Shown here: positions 20,221 to 30,657 of the stretch, one piece after another
Numbering within the stretch: the stretch's first letter is position 1
How the letters are laid out: each line of letters starts with the position of its first letter
Sequence record: SRR20825019_2119
Strand: one strand, 5' to 3'
Length of the DNA stretch: 47,697 nucleotides
Position numbers and translations under genes: made by a program
The notes under the pieces: model-generated
Database searches by the model: none
Told to the model about the DNA's origin: nothing
What the model saw: only the letters and a program-made list of their open reading frames with translations

Positions 20221-20709
20221 CTAGATCGGCAAGACCCGTGAGAACTTCACTGCTCCAAGCGAGAAGCTGCTCTCGATATGTGCCACACCATCGAGCTGGG
20301 TGAGCCTTTCGCGCAGAAAATGCTCATAGGATTCGAGATCGGCGCAGACGACGCGGAGCAGGAAATCGAACTGCCCGGTCATCAGATAGCACTCCATCAC
20401 CTCCGGCCAGCGACTGATCGCAGCGCCGAAGGCATCCAGGTTGCGCGCCCTTTGCTGCTCGAGCTTGATGGAAATGAAAACCGAGACCGGCAGGCCGACC
20501 GATTTCTGCTCGATATTAGCGCTATAGCCGGAAATGACGCCGTCCCGCTCGAGCTGCCGCAGCCGGCGCAGGCAGGGCGAGGCCGACAAGCCGACCTTGT
20601 CCGCCAGCGCCTGGACCGTCATGCGACCATCCTCCTGCAGCGCCCGGAGGAGCTTGCGGTCAATAGGGTCGATTCCGGACTTGGTGGTTTCCGCCTCATA
20701 TTGTGCCAA
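20221..20709 (-). CDS. Lrp/AsnC family transcriptional regulator
   Basis: IDPIDRKLLRALQEDGR, GLSASPCLRRLRQLE, ECYLMTGQFDFLLRV; TTG start uncertain. Confidence 0.92.
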   Translation of the reverse strand: MAQYEAETTKSGIDPIDRKLLRALQEDGRMTVQALADKVGLSASPCLRRLRQLERDGVISGYSANIEQKSVGLPVSVFISIKLEQQRARNLDAFGAAISRWPEVMECYLMTGQFDFLLRVVCADLESYEHFLRERLTQLDGVAHIESSFSLGAVKFSRVLPI

Positions 20710-20782
20710 TTTTGCCGATATCCTGCTCAGAGTGCGAGATTGGCGATCAGATTAGACGGAAATCACCTTTGAGCAAGGCGTA

Positions 20783-20795
20783 ATGTCAGACATAT
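20783..20795. promoter_or_regulatory. Putative FadR/GntR-type operator upstream of the E1-like gene
   Basis: ATGTC-A-GACAT palindrome; 12-nt TGTCAGACATAT is identical to 23255-23266. Confidence 0.6.
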
Positions 20796-20811
20796 CGATT
20801 GGAGGAGCGGT

Positions 20812-23181
20812 ATGGCAGGCAAGAGCATCGAGCGCATTGAAGCGATTGAGGCACTGACCAAAAAGTCTCTCTGGCTGGCAAGCTGGATGGTGCATCACGC
20901 CAATCACATCCGGCCCAATCCCGATGGGGTCAAGGTTGGCGGCCACCAGGCCAGCTCCGCCTCGATGGCTGCCATGCTGGCCACGCTCTATTTCGGCGTG
21001 CTGAAGCCCGAGGACCGGCTTGCCGTCAAACCGCATGCGGCGCCGATCTTCCATGCCATCCAGTATCTGATGGGCCGGCAGAGCCAGCAAAAGCTGATAG
21101 ATTTTCGCGCTTTTGGCGGCGCCCAATCCTACCCCTCCCGCACCAAGGATACCGAAGACGTCGACTTTTCGACCGGCTCGGTTGGGCTGGGCGTGGCGAT
21201 GACGGCCTTTGCGTCCATGGTGCAGGATTATGTGCGCGCCAAGGACTGGCCCGGAAAGGCGCGGCCCGAGGGGCGCATGATTGCGCTGGCCGGCGATGCC
21301 GAGCTCGACGAGGGCAATATCTATGAATGCCTGCTCGAAGGCTGGAAGCATGGCTTGCGCAATTGCTGGTGGATCATCGACTATAACCGCCAGAGCCTCG
21401 ATGGCGTGGTCCGCGAAGGGTTGTACGACCGCATCGAAGCGATCTTCAAGGCATTTGGCTGGAGGGTAGTCACCCTCAAATATGGCGCCCTGCAGCGAGC
21501 CGCTTTCGCCGAACTCGGTGGCGAGCGTCTCAAGGCCTGGATCGACGCCTGTCCCAACGATCTCTATTCGGCGCTGATGTTCCGGGGCGGTTCTGCCTGG
21601 CGCGAACGCCTCACCGACGAGATCGGCGACCAGGGTGATGTGTCTGCCCTGCTTGAGCGCCGCAGCGATGTGGACCTGGCGGCGCTGATGGCCAATCTGG
21701 GCGGGCATTGCGTAGAGAGCCTGCTCGACCAGTTCGAGAACGCCGGCACGGACGGGCCGACCGTCTTCATCAATTACACGGTCAAGGGCTGGGGTACGCC
21801 GCTGGCCGGCCACAAGGACAATCATGCGGGGCAGATGACCTCGGCCCAAATCGAGCAATTGCGGGCTTCTCACAAGATCCGCGACGGACATGAATGGGAT
21901 GTGTTCGAAGGGCTCGATCACGCCGACGCTCTGGCCGACTTTGTCAGAGATGTGCCGTTCAACACCGCCACATCCCGTCGCCTGACCGCCCCGGCAGTGC
22001 CCACTATCGGCCCGCAATACATCGGTACGGGCGCCACTTCCACTCAGGCCGCCTTCGGACGCATCCTCGACGCGATCGCAAAGACCGACAGCGAGATGGC
22101 GCGCCGGATCGTCTCGACTTCGCCGGACGTGACAGTCTCGACCGGGCTTGGAAGCTGGGTCAACCGGCGCAATCTGTTCGCGCGCAAGGAGACCGCCGAT
22201 CTGTTCCAGAACGAGGCGATCCCTTCAACCCAGAAATGGCGATTCACCCCCGACGGGCAGCATATGGAGCTGGGCATTGCGGAGATGAACCTGTTCCTGA
22301 TGCTGGGTGCGGCGGGCCTCAGCCACTCGCTGTTTGGCGAGCGCCTGTTGCCCATTGGCACACTCTACGATCCGTTCATTTCGAGGGGCCTGGATACCCT
22401 CAACTACGCCTGCTACCAGGACGCGCGTTTCCTGCTGGTGGGCACCCCATCCGGAGTATCCCTTGCAGGCGAAGGCGGCGCGCACCAGTCCATTGCCTCG
22501 CCACTGATCGGCATGTCACAGGATGGACTGGCCAGCTTTGAACCGGCCTTTGCCGACGAATTGTCGGTCATTATCGACTGGGCGTTTGACTATATGCAGC
22601 GCACGGGCGATGCGCGTCCGGACCTGGCCGACTGGCCGCGCGATGTCACCGGGGGTTCGGTCTATCTGCGCCTCTCCACGCGCACGCTGGAGCAGGTGCC
22701 GCGCGAGATGGCGCCACCGCTGGTCGATGACATCATTCGTGGCGCCTATTGGCTGCAAACACCAACACCGCAATGCGAAGCGGTCATTGCCTATCAGGGG
22801 GTTCTGGCCAGCGAAGCCATTGCGGCGGCAGCCCGTATCGGTGGTGACCGGCGCAATGTCGCCGTGCTGGCCGTGACCTCTGCGGACAGGCTCAATGCCG
22901 GCTGGCAGGCTGCCCAGCGCGCAAGGCTGCATGGTGACTTCGAGACCACCAGCCATATCGAGGCCCTGCTGCAAGACGTTCCGCATCGCGCGGGGCTGGT
23001 GACCGCCATTGATGCTCATCCCGCGACGCTGGGCTGGCTCGGCAGCGTGCTGGGGCATCGCACCATGGCGCTGGGTGTAGAGCATTTCGGCCAGACCGGC
23101 ACGGTTTCGGACCTCTACGGCCATTTCGGCATTGGCGCCGAGACGATCGAAACCGCCTGCCGGCAGGTCTTCGGGCGCTGA
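20812..23181 (+). CDS. ThDP-dependent 2-oxoacid dehydrogenase E1, homodimeric AceE/MdeB-like (transketolase fold)
   Basis: KVGGHQASSAS, SYPS, STGSVGLG, ThDP motif GDAELDEG...NRQSLD, ELGIAE, EGGAHQS, LGVEHFGQTG. Confidence 0.85.
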   Translation: MAGKSIERIEAIEALTKKSLWLASWMVHHANHIRPNPDGVKVGGHQASSASMAAMLATLYFGVLKPEDRLAVKPHAAPIFHAIQYLMGRQSQQKLIDFRAFGGAQSYPSRTKDTEDVDFSTGSVGLGVAMTAFASMVQDYVRAKDWPGKARPEGRMIALAGDAELDEGNIYECLLEGWKHGLRNCWWIIDYNRQSLDGVVREGLYDRIEAIFKAFGWRVVTLKYGALQRAAFAELGGERLKAWIDACPNDLYSALMFRGGSAWRERLTDEIGDQGDVSALLERRSDVDLAALMANLGGHCVESLLDQFENAGTDGPTVFINYTVKGWGTPLAGHKDNHAGQMTSAQIEQLRASHKIRDGHEWDVFEGLDHADALADFVRDVPFNTATSRRLTAPAVPTIGPQYIGTGATSTQAAFGRILDAIAKTDSEMARRIVSTSPDVTVSTGLGSWVNRRNLFARKETADLFQNEAIPSTQKWRFTPDGQHMELGIAEMNLFLMLGAAGLSHSLFGERLLPIGTLYDPFISRGLDTLNYACYQDARFLLVGTPSGVSLAGEGGAHQSIASPLIGMSQDGLASFEPAFADELSVIIDWAFDYMQRTGDARPDLADWPRDVTGGSVYLRLSTRTLEQVPREMAPPLVDDIIRGAYWLQTPTPQCEAVIAYQGVLASEAIAAAARIGGDRRNVAVLAVTSADRLNAGWQAAQRARLHGDFETTSHIEALLQDVPHRAGLVTAIDAHPATLGWLGSVLGHRTMALGVEHFGQTGTVSDLYGHFGIGAETIETACRQVFGR

Positions 23182-23253
23182 ACTGGCGCCCGAAACAACA
23201 CGCGCATTGAACCGGAAAAGGAGAAAGGCCGGACTTGCCAAGACGAAAATGAT

Positions 23254-23274
23254 TTGTCAGACATATGTCATATG
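23254..23274. promoter_or_regulatory. Putative FadR/GntR-type operator upstream of the peptide-type ABC operon
   Basis: TTGTCAGACATATGTCATATG: TGTC-N-GACA box plus overlapping GACATATGTC palindrome; lies at the expected -10 position after TTGCCA (23235-23240). Confidence 0.6.
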
Positions 23275-23397
23275 GCAGATTTGGGAACGATCTGCCGGAC
23301 CGCGGCGATAGCCGCGCCAAAGCAAAGTGACCAGACCCGAGGGGAAGGGCCTGGCGCATCAGGGAACGCCTACTGCTCTGCAACAAGGAGGGAGCTC

Positions 23398-24999
23398 ATG
23401 CATATCACACGGAAACTCGTCGCTGCGCTGGCCGTCGCCACCGCGCTGACACTGCCAGCAATGGCGCAATCGACCATTTCGGCACCCGGCCAGTCCACGA
23501 CCGGCACCTATATGGACTATATGAAGACGGTCTATGACCGCGCGACCTTTGCCGAGTTGCTGCAGGTGCCGATCGCGACCTTCGACAAGGAATTCGAACT
23601 CACGCCCATGGCGGCGGAGAGCTGGAGCCAGTCGGAAGATGGCCTCACCTGGACGTTCAAGCTGCGCGAGGGCCTGGGCTGGTCCGATGGTGAACCGCTG
23701 ACGGCCGAAGACTATGTTTTTGCCCTGCAGCGCGCCGCGACGACTGGCTATGACTTTGCCTGGTATTGGGACTTTGCCGGCGGCATCAAGGGCTGGAAGG
23801 AAGTCACCGAAGGCACTGCCGACGTGTCCACCCTGGGTCTGGTCGCTGTCGATGACCTGACCATTGAAGTCACTACCGTGGCACCCAAGCCCTATCTGCC
23901 CTCGGTCACCAGCCTGTGGTACCCCGTGCCCAAGCACAAGGTGGATGAGCTGGGCGACGACTGGGCCCTCAATGTGGACACCATCGTGTCCTCCGGCCCG
24001 TTCGAAATCGAGAGCTGGGAGAAGTCGAACAATTCGGTCGTCTTCACCAAGTCCGATACCTATACCGGTCCCTGGCAGGCCCAGATCGACCGTCTCGAAG
24101 TCGACCCCAGCCTTGGCGCGCCCGAAGTCGGGCTGCCGGCCTTCCTGGCCGGAGACGCAGACTATTCCTTCCTCAACACGGGGCAGGTTCCGGTCGCCAT
24201 GTCGGCTGACCCGGATGGCATTCGCCGCAATGCGGTCTTTGCCACCTCGTACATCTCCTATGATCTGGAATCCGAGCCCTTCAACAATGTCGATGTTCGC
24301 CGGGCCTTCTACTACGCGGTGGACCGGGACGAGCTGACCTCAACGGTTCTGCGGGACATTGCCATTCCGGCTGGCTCGATCCTGCCGCCCGGCTATCCTG
24401 GCTACAATCCCGATGTCGTGGCCCAGGCCACCTTCGATCCGGAAAAGGCCAAGCAGTTCCTGGCCGATGCAGGCTATCCGAACGGCGAAGGGTTCCCGGA
24501 GATCGAAATCTGGATCCGCGAAGAAGGCGGCTATAACGGCGCCATCGTGCCGGCCATGGCGCAATATCTGCAGGCCGAATTTGGCGAACATCTGGGGATC
24601 ACCGTCAATATCCGCCAGCTTCCCGGCGCGGACTGGATGGATGGTCTGCGGGGCGCGACGAACAACATCTTCATTGCCCCATATGAATACGACTATCTCG
24701 ATCCATCCAACTTCTACGGCATCTTCTACAATGGCGGGCGCCACAACTACTTCGTGCCCGAATATGATGCCCTGGTCGCCGAAGCGGATTCCGAAAGCGA
24801 TTGGGATACCCGCTACGCACTCTACGCCCAGGCTGAACAGGTGATGATCGATCAGGGGCTGATTGTGCCGCTGGTGCACCCGATCACCACGGCCATCATC
24901 TCCAGCGAGCTGGGTGGCGAAGCCTCAAATCCGAACGCACTGGGCTTCACCCCCTTGGATCGGCTCGGACACTACTTCTTCACCCACCTGACGAAGTAA
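23398..24999 (+). CDS. Peptide/nickel-family (family 5) ABC substrate-binding protein
   Basis: Signal peptide ending AMA; AESWSQSEDGLTWTFKLREG..WSDG, VSSGPF, AGYPNGEGFP; SD AAGGAGGG. Confidence 0.9.
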   Translation: MHITRKLVAALAVATALTLPAMAQSTISAPGQSTTGTYMDYMKTVYDRATFAELLQVPIATFDKEFELTPMAAESWSQSEDGLTWTFKLREGLGWSDGEPLTAEDYVFALQRAATTGYDFAWYWDFAGGIKGWKEVTEGTADVSTLGLVAVDDLTIEVTTVAPKPYLPSVTSLWYPVPKHKVDELGDDWALNVDTIVSSGPFEIESWEKSNNSVVFTKSDTYTGPWQAQIDRLEVDPSLGAPEVGLPAFLAGDADYSFLNTGQVPVAMSADPDGIRRNAVFATSYISYDLESEPFNNVDVRRAFYYAVDRDELTSTVLRDIAIPAGSILPPGYPGYNPDVVAQATFDPEKAKQFLADAGYPNGEGFPEIEIWIREEGGYNGAIVPAMAQYLQAEFGEHLGITVNIRQLPGADWMDGLRGATNNIFIAPYEYDYLDPSNFYGIFYNGGRHNYFVPEYDALVAEADSESDWDTRYALYAQAEQVMIDQGLIVPLVHPITTAIISSELGGEASNPNALGFTPLDRLGHYFFTHLTK

Positions 25000-25014
25000 C
25001 CCAGCGTTCCAACA

Positions 25015-25048
25015 GGCGCCTCCCGGGCATTCCCAGTCGGGAGGCGCC
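25015..25048 (+). other. Intercistronic stem-loop after SBP gene (mRNA stabiliser/attenuator)
   Basis: GGCGCCTCCCG-N12-CGGGAGGCGCC 11-bp perfect stem, no T-tract. Confidence 0.6.
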
Positions 25049-25069
25049 ACAAGTTTCGGGGACCAGCAC

Positions 25070-26824
25070 ATGGCATTGGTAGAAATCGCCGATCTCAAGG
25101 TCAGCTTTCGCCAATATGGCGGAACCATCGACGCGGTGCGCGGCATCAGCTTTTCGGTCAATGAAGGGGAAAGCCTCGGCATTGTGGGGGAAAGCGGCTC
25201 GGGCAAGTCGGTGAGCTGCAGTGCCCTGCTCCGCCTGCTGCCGGCAATGGCTGAGGTCAGCGCCACGAAGCTCGAGCTCGATGGCATCGATGTGAGCAAG
25301 GCGCGCAAGGACGATCTCGCCCGGCTGCGCGGCCGCTCTGCTGCCATGATCTTTCAGGACCCGATGACGGCGTTCGATCCGGTCTTCACCATCGGGCACC
25401 AGATCGCCGAGACCATCCAGTCCCATCGCAATGCCTCTAGGCGCGACGCGCTCAAGGAAGCCGAAGACCTGCTGCTGCGCGTCGAGATCAAGAACGCCAG
25501 CGACGTCCTCAACTATTTCCCGCATCAGCTTTCCGGCGGCATGCTGCAACGCGCGATGATCGCCATGGCCCTCTCCTGCCGGCCCAAGGTGCTGATTGCC
25601 GACGAGCCGACCACTGCACTCGACGTCACCATTCAGGCGCAGATCCTGCAGCTCATCAAGAAGGTGCAGGCCGAGTTCGGCATGGCGCTGATCATGATTA
25701 CCCATGACCTGGGCGTGATTGCCGAAACGGTCGACCGCGTACTGGTGATGTATCGCGGCGAGGTCATGGAAGAAGGGCCGGTGCAACAAATCTTCGATGC
25801 GCCGCAGCACGCCTATACCAAGCAGCTCCTGGCCAGCCTGCATGCGAGTTTCGAGCCCTCGCGCGGCAGCGACAACAAAACTCCGGCGCTTGAACTCAAG
25901 GGGCTGGCCAAGGCCTACCGCATCCGCCGCCGGCGCGGGCTGTTCACCGATTATTCCGACTTCCACGCCGTGCGCGAGGTCAATATCGCCCTGCCCAAGA
26001 ACCGCATTGTCGCCATTGTGGGCGAAAGTGGCTCGGGCAAGACCACGACCGGCATGATGGCCATGCGGCTGACCGATGTGAGCCGTGGCCAGATCCTGGT
26101 GGATGGGCAGGACATTTCCGCCCTCTCGCCTGAGGCTCTGAAGCCCTGGCGCAAGAAGATGCAGGTCGTTTTCCAAGACAGCTATTCGGCGCTCGATCCG
26201 ATGATGACGCTTACCCAGACCATTGCCGAACCGCTGCATATTCATAGCATTGGCAGTGCCAGGGAGCAGGAAGAGACGGCGCTGGACTGGCTGGAGCGCG
26301 TCGGCCTCGACCGATCCTATGCCAATCGCTATCCGCACGAGCTTTCCGGCGGCCAGCGGCAGCGTGTGGCCATTGCCCGCGCGCTGGTTCTCGAGCCCGA
26401 TGTGCTGGTTGCCGACGAGCCGACGTCAGCGCTCGACGTCACTGTCAAGGCGCAGATCATCGGGCTTTTGAAGAAGCTGCAGGCCGAAATGGGCCTGTCG
26501 ATCCTGTTCATCAGCCATGACCTGTCGACGGTAAAGTCCCTGACCGACAGTGTCGTGGTGATGTATCGCGGGCGCGTGGTCGAGGAAGCGCCGACCGAAC
26601 GGATCTTCTCGGATCCGCAGCACCCCTATACCCGCGCCCTGCTCGACGCGGTTCCGGCAACCAATCCCAGGAACAGGCGCGAGCGTACGTTCCTGACTGC
26701 CGAGCAGATCGCTGCCCAGACCCCGCGCCTGACCACGCTGCAAGCGGGCATTGCCCCGCACAGCGACCCGCAACTTGTCGCCATCGCCCCGGACCACCGG
26801 GTCGAGGCCTATGTGACCAATTGA
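25070..26824 (+). CDS. Dipeptide/oligopeptide ABC ATP-binding protein with two fused NBDs
   Basis: Two Walker A motifs ([16 protein letters not shown]), two LSGG signatures, two ADEPT motifs. Confidence 0.94.
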   Translation: MALVEIADLKVSFRQYGGTIDAVRGISFSVNEGESLGIVGESGSGKSVSCSALLRLLPAMAEVSATKLELDGIDVSKARKDDLARLRGRSAAMIFQDPMTAFDPVFTIGHQIAETIQSHRNASRRDALKEAEDLLLRVEIKNASDVLNYFPHQLSGGMLQRAMIAMALSCRPKVLIADEPTTALDVTIQAQILQLIKKVQAEFGMALIMITHDLGVIAETVDRVLVMYRGEVMEEGPVQQIFDAPQHAYTKQLLASLHASFEPSRGSDNKTPALELKGLAKAYRIRRRRGLFTDYSDFHAVREVNIALPKNRIVAIVGESGSGKTTTGMMAMRLTDVSRGQILVDGQDISALSPEALKPWRKKMQVVFQDSYSALDPMMTLTQTIAEPLHIHSIGSAREQEETALDWLERVGLDRSYANRYPHELSGGQRQRVAIARALVLEPDVLVADEPTSALDVTVKAQIIGLLKKLQAEMGLSILFISHDLSTVKSLTDSVVVMYRGRVVEEAPTERIFSDPQHPYTRALLDAVPATNPRNRRERTFLTAEQIAAQTPRLTTLQAGIAPHSDPQLVAIAPDHRVEAYVTN

Positions 26825-26837
26825 GGGAGAGCGTCTG

Positions 26838-27767
26838 ATGCTCGGCTATGTCCTGCGCCGCCTCGTTTCGGCTGCCTTCACCTTCATCGCGGTGTCGCTC
26901 ATTATCTTCCTGATGATGCATGCCGTGCCCGGCGGCCCGTTCGACGCCAATGACATGCCGGTCTCCGAAGCCGTGCGCGCCAAGCTGATGGCCCAGCTCG
27001 GGCTGGATCAGCCGCTCTATGTCCAGTACCTCAAATATATGTGGGGCGTGCTGCATTTTGATTTCGGCGTGCCCTATCAAAGCCCGGGCGAGAGCGTGTT
27101 GCAGCTCCTCTCCCGTGCCTGGGTGCCGAGCCTTGTGCTGGGCGGGCTCGGGGTACTCATCGGCGCCCCACTCGGCATCCTGCTGGGTATGGCAGCCGCA
27201 CTGAACCGCAATAGCTGGATCGACTATCTGGCCTCAGCAGTGGCCACAATCGGTCTCACCATTCCGGTGTTCGTCACCTCCATGCTGCTGATCCTGGTTT
27301 TTGCCGTCTGGCTCAAATGGCTGCCCGCCAGTGGCTGGCCCAATCCGGAACGCTGGATATTGCCGATCATCGCCTATGCGGCGATACCCGTGGCCACCTA
27401 TGCCCGCTACACGCGTTCGGCCATGCTCGACACCATGAGCCGGCCCTTCGTCACCGTGCTGCGCGCCAAGGGGCTCTCAGAACGGCGCATCGTCTTCCAG
27501 CATGTGCTGCGCAATTCGGCCATTCCGCTGGTCACCGTGTTCCTGCCCATGTTCATCGGAACCGCCACCGGCTCGATCTTTGTCGAGGCCATGTTCCGCG
27601 TGCCGGGCCTGGGTGCCTATTTTGTCTCCTCCATCGAGACGCGCGACTATCCGCTGGAAATGGCGCTGATGCTGATGATCACCTTCATGTACTGCATCGC
27701 CTATCTTCTCTCAGACATCGTCTATGCGCTGATCAATCCGCGTATCCGCGTGGGAGGCGCAGAATGA
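26838..27767 (+). CDS. Peptide ABC permease (OppB/DppB-like)
   Basis: PGGPF, GLDQPLYVQY, RAKGL, RDYPL. Confidence 0.93.
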   Translation: MLGYVLRRLVSAAFTFIAVSLIIFLMMHAVPGGPFDANDMPVSEAVRAKLMAQLGLDQPLYVQYLKYMWGVLHFDFGVPYQSPGESVLQLLSRAWVPSLVLGGLGVLIGAPLGILLGMAAALNRNSWIDYLASAVATIGLTIPVFVTSMLLILVFAVWLKWLPASGWPNPERWILPIIAYAAIPVATYARYTRSAMLDTMSRPFVTVLRAKGLSERRIVFQHVLRNSAIPLVTVFLPMFIGTATGSIFVEAMFRVPGLGAYFVSSIETRDYPLEMALMLMITFMYCIAYLLSDIVYALINPRIRVGGAE

Positions 27768-28660
27768 CCGACACCATCGTGACGCCAGCAGTCGAAGCCG
27801 CCCCGCCCCGCCAGCGCAGCCCACTCTGGTTTGCCTGGCAGCGCTTCCTGTCCAACAAGGCCGCCGTCGCCGGCGGCATCGTGATGAGCATCCTGATCCT
27901 GATGGCGATCTTTGCGCCGCTGATCACCCCGGTGCCCCCCGAGGCGCAATTGTTCCTCACCCAATCGTTGGCCTTTCCCTCGGCCGAGCATTGGTTCGGC
28001 GTGGATAATCTGGGCCGCGATTTCTATACGCGCATCGTTTATGGCGCCCGCGTCTCGCTCTCCATCGGCTTCATCGCCGCGGGTTTTTCGGTGCTGATCG
28101 GCATTCCGCTGGGGGCCCTTGCCGGTTATTTCGGCGGCCGGACCGACTGGATCATCATGCGCATCATCGAATTGTTCTCGGTGGTGCCGCCGCTCCTGGC
28201 GGCCATGCTGCTGGGCACCCTCATTCGGGGTGGCTATATGTCCATTGTCGCGATTGCTGCGCTGTTCGGCTGGGTGCAGGTGTGCCTGCTGGTTCGTGCC
28301 CAGGTGAAGGCCTTCCGCGAAAAGGAATTCGTCCGGGCAGCACAGGCGCTGGGTGCCTCGCCCTGGTACATCATCCGCCGCCATCTCATTCCCAATTCGA
28401 TCAGCCCGATCATTGTCGGCTTCGTGCTGGCCATCCCGCTCGCCATGATGCTCGAAGCCTCGCTCAGCTTCCTCGGCATCGGCGTGCCCCCGCCCACCGC
28501 CACATGGGGCCAGATGATCAATGAGGGCATAAATTTCATGTTTTATTACTGGCACCTGGCCGTGTTCCCCACGGCAGCCCTGGCCATCACCGTGCTCGCC
28601 ACCTCGCTCTTCGGCGACGGATTGCGCGATGCCCTCGACCCCACCCTGAAAGGCCGCTGA
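27764..28660 (+). CDS. Peptide ABC permease (OppC/DppC-like)
   Basis: HWFGVDNLGRD, EASLSFLGIG, GDGLRDALDP; ATGA overlap. Confidence 0.93.
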   Translation: MTDTIVTPAVEAAPPRQRSPLWFAWQRFLSNKAAVAGGIVMSILILMAIFAPLITPVPPEAQLFLTQSLAFPSAEHWFGVDNLGRDFYTRIVYGARVSLSIGFIAAGFSVLIGIPLGALAGYFGGRTDWIIMRIIELFSVVPPLLAAMLLGTLIRGGYMSIVAIAALFGWVQVCLLVRAQVKAFREKEFVRAAQALGASPWYIIRRHLIPNSISPIIVGFVLAIPLAMMLEASLSFLGIGVPPPTATWGQMINEGINFMFYYWHLAVFPTAALAITVLATSLFGDGLRDALDPTLKGR

Positions 28661-28663
28661 ACC

Positions 28664-29863
28664 GTGTCCGACAATCTCGCCCGGCACTTCCTCCTCCGTG
28701 AGGATGTCACTTTCCTCAATCACGGTTCTTTCGGCGCATGCCCGCGCCCGGTCTTCGAGACTTATCAGGGCTGGCAGCTCGAACTGGAGCAGGAGCCAGT
28801 GGAGTTCCTGGGCCGTCGCCTGCACGATTTGTTGCGCGTGCCCCGTGAGGCCCTGGCGGCCGAGCTGGGATGTGACTCCAACGACATTGTCGGCGTGCCC
28901 AATGCCACCAATGGCCTCAACATCGTCGCCCAGTCGCTCGATCTCAAACCCGGCGACCAGATCCTCACCACCGACCACGAATATTCGGCGCTGGAAAAAA
29001 CCTGGGCGTATGTCTGCCGCAAGACCGGCGCCGAGATCGTCGTGGTCAAGGTCCCGATGCCGCTGGTCAGCGAGGCTGCGTTCACCCAGACCATCATCGA
29101 TGGCATGACCAAGCGCACCAAGGTGCTGTTTCTCAGCCACATCACCTCGCCCACGGCCCTCTTGTTCCCGATCGAGAACGCCATTGCCGAGGCGCGCAGG
29201 CGCGGCATCTGGTCAGTGATCGATGGCGCCCATACGCCGGGCCATATCAAGCTCGACCTCGATTCGATCGGGGCTGACTTCTATGCGGGCAATTGCCACA
29301 AATGGATGATGACCCCCAAGGGATCGGCCTTCCTCCATACGCGCCGCGAGATGCAGGGCCTGCTCAACCCGCTGGTCATCAGCCATGGCTGGACCAAGGA
29401 TTCCAAGGAACCCGGGGCCAAGGGCGCCTTCGGCAATTCCCCCTATATCGACGAGATTGAAATAAGGGGCACGCGCGACCCCGCGCCCTGGCTGACCGTT
29501 CCGGCCGCCATTGCATTTCGCCAGGAGAATGACTGGTGGGCCATTGCCGAGCATTGCCATGCCCTGGCGCAGGACACGGCTCGGCGGCTCGGTGAGTTGA
29601 CCGGTCTTGCGCCGCTCAGCAGCGCGGCGTTCTGCGCCCCGCAAATGGTCGCCATGCCCATTCCGGAATGCGACACGCTCGCGATTCACACCACGCTGTT
29701 CGAGAAGTACGGGATCGAGATCCCCGTCTTCAAATGGCAGGAGACCTGCATCGTGCGCCTGTCGGTGCAGGGCTATAATTCGCGCCCGCAAATGGACCGA
29801 CTGATCGCGGCACTCACCGAATTGCTTGATCTCACGCAGGCGCCGATGGCAGCGCAAGGCTGA
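28664..29863 (+). CDS. Class V PLP-dependent enzyme (isopenicillin-N-epimerase / Egt2 / L-cysteine desulfhydrase-like)
   Basis: FLNHGSFGACP, NAT, SHITSPTA, IDGAH, GNCHKW (PLP lysine), GTRD. Confidence 0.85.
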   Translation: MSDNLARHFLLREDVTFLNHGSFGACPRPVFETYQGWQLELEQEPVEFLGRRLHDLLRVPREALAAELGCDSNDIVGVPNATNGLNIVAQSLDLKPGDQILTTDHEYSALEKTWAYVCRKTGAEIVVVKVPMPLVSEAAFTQTIIDGMTKRTKVLFLSHITSPTALLFPIENAIAEARRRGIWSVIDGAHTPGHIKLDLDSIGADFYAGNCHKWMMTPKGSAFLHTRREMQGLLNPLVISHGWTKDSKEPGAKGAFGNSPYIDEIEIRGTRDPAPWLTVPAAIAFRQENDWWAIAEHCHALAQDTARRLGELTGLAPLSSAAFCAPQMVAMPIPECDTLAIHTTLFEKYGIEIPVFKWQETCIVRLSVQGYNSRPQMDRLIAALTELLDLTQAPMAAQG

Positions 29864-29928
29864 CAAGTGCGCCAATATGTGGTGTGAGTGGCCAATAAAG
29901 GTCTGCCGCACCTGGAGGAAAGGGCCCC

Positions 29929-30657
29929 ATGAGTCGGGAAGCCGCCCTAAGCTATCTGGAACCGCTCGAGAACCGCACACGCAATGTGGCGGTGCTGGAC
30001 GCGCTTGCCGAAATGGTTGAGCGCGCCGGCCTCAAGATCGGCGACCGCCTGCCGCCCGAGGTATCGCTGGCGGCCTCGCTTGGCGTTGGCCGTTCCACCA
30101 TTCGAGAAGCCCTCAATCGCTGGGAAGGCCTGGGCATTATTCGGCGCCGGCGTGGTGATGGGACCTATCTGGCTGCGCGCGTGCAGACCTCTCGCGGCCT
30201 CGTGCCGACCATGGTGCGACTGGAAGGCGAGGCTTTGCTGCGGCTGCTCGAAATTCGTCGCACGCTGGAAAACGATGTGGTGCGCAAAGCCACCCAGCAC
30301 GCCACAACCAAGCAACGTGCGGAAATCGCGCGGCTATGCGACGTGCTTCTGGCCGACGTCAATTCCGGCCGCCCGTGGCGCAAGGCGGACCACGCCTTTC
30401 ACAACGCCATCTATGATGCTTCGGGCAATCCGATGTATGGGCAGATTCTGGTCAATCTGGACCATGCGCTGGAGCGCGGGGACATCTCGCCCTTCAATCG
30501 CGACGCCTTTGGCCTCGATTCCTTTCCGCTGCATCGTGACCTGGCCGACGCCATTGTCGCCGAGAATGCCGACCTGGCGGTGGCCGCCATCAATGGCATT
30601 CTGGATTCGGTCGAGTACGAGGTCCGGGCCATCATCGCGGACGGCAAGCTGGTTTAG
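29929..30657 (+). CDS. GntR family regulator, FadR subfamily (FCD domain)
   Basis: GDRLPPE, LGVGRSTIREAL, RRRGDGTYL wHTH; ADHAFHNAIYDASGNP FCD. Confidence 0.93.
   Translation: MSREAALSYLEPLENRTRNVAVLDALAEMVERAGLKIGDRLPPEVSLAASLGVGRSTIREALNRWEGLGIIRRRRGDGTYLAARVQTSRGLVPTMVRLEGEALLRLLEIRRTLENDVVRKATQHATTKQRAEIARLCDVLLADVNSGRPWRKADHAFHNAIYDASGNPMYGQILVNLDHALERGDISPFNRDAFGLDSFPLHRDLADAIVAENADLAVAAINGILDSVEYEVRAIIADGKLV

Noticed and set aside
30654-30657. Overlapping stop codons of the convergent gntR and creatininase genes without a terminator
   Set aside because: Common compact arrangement; no evidence of function
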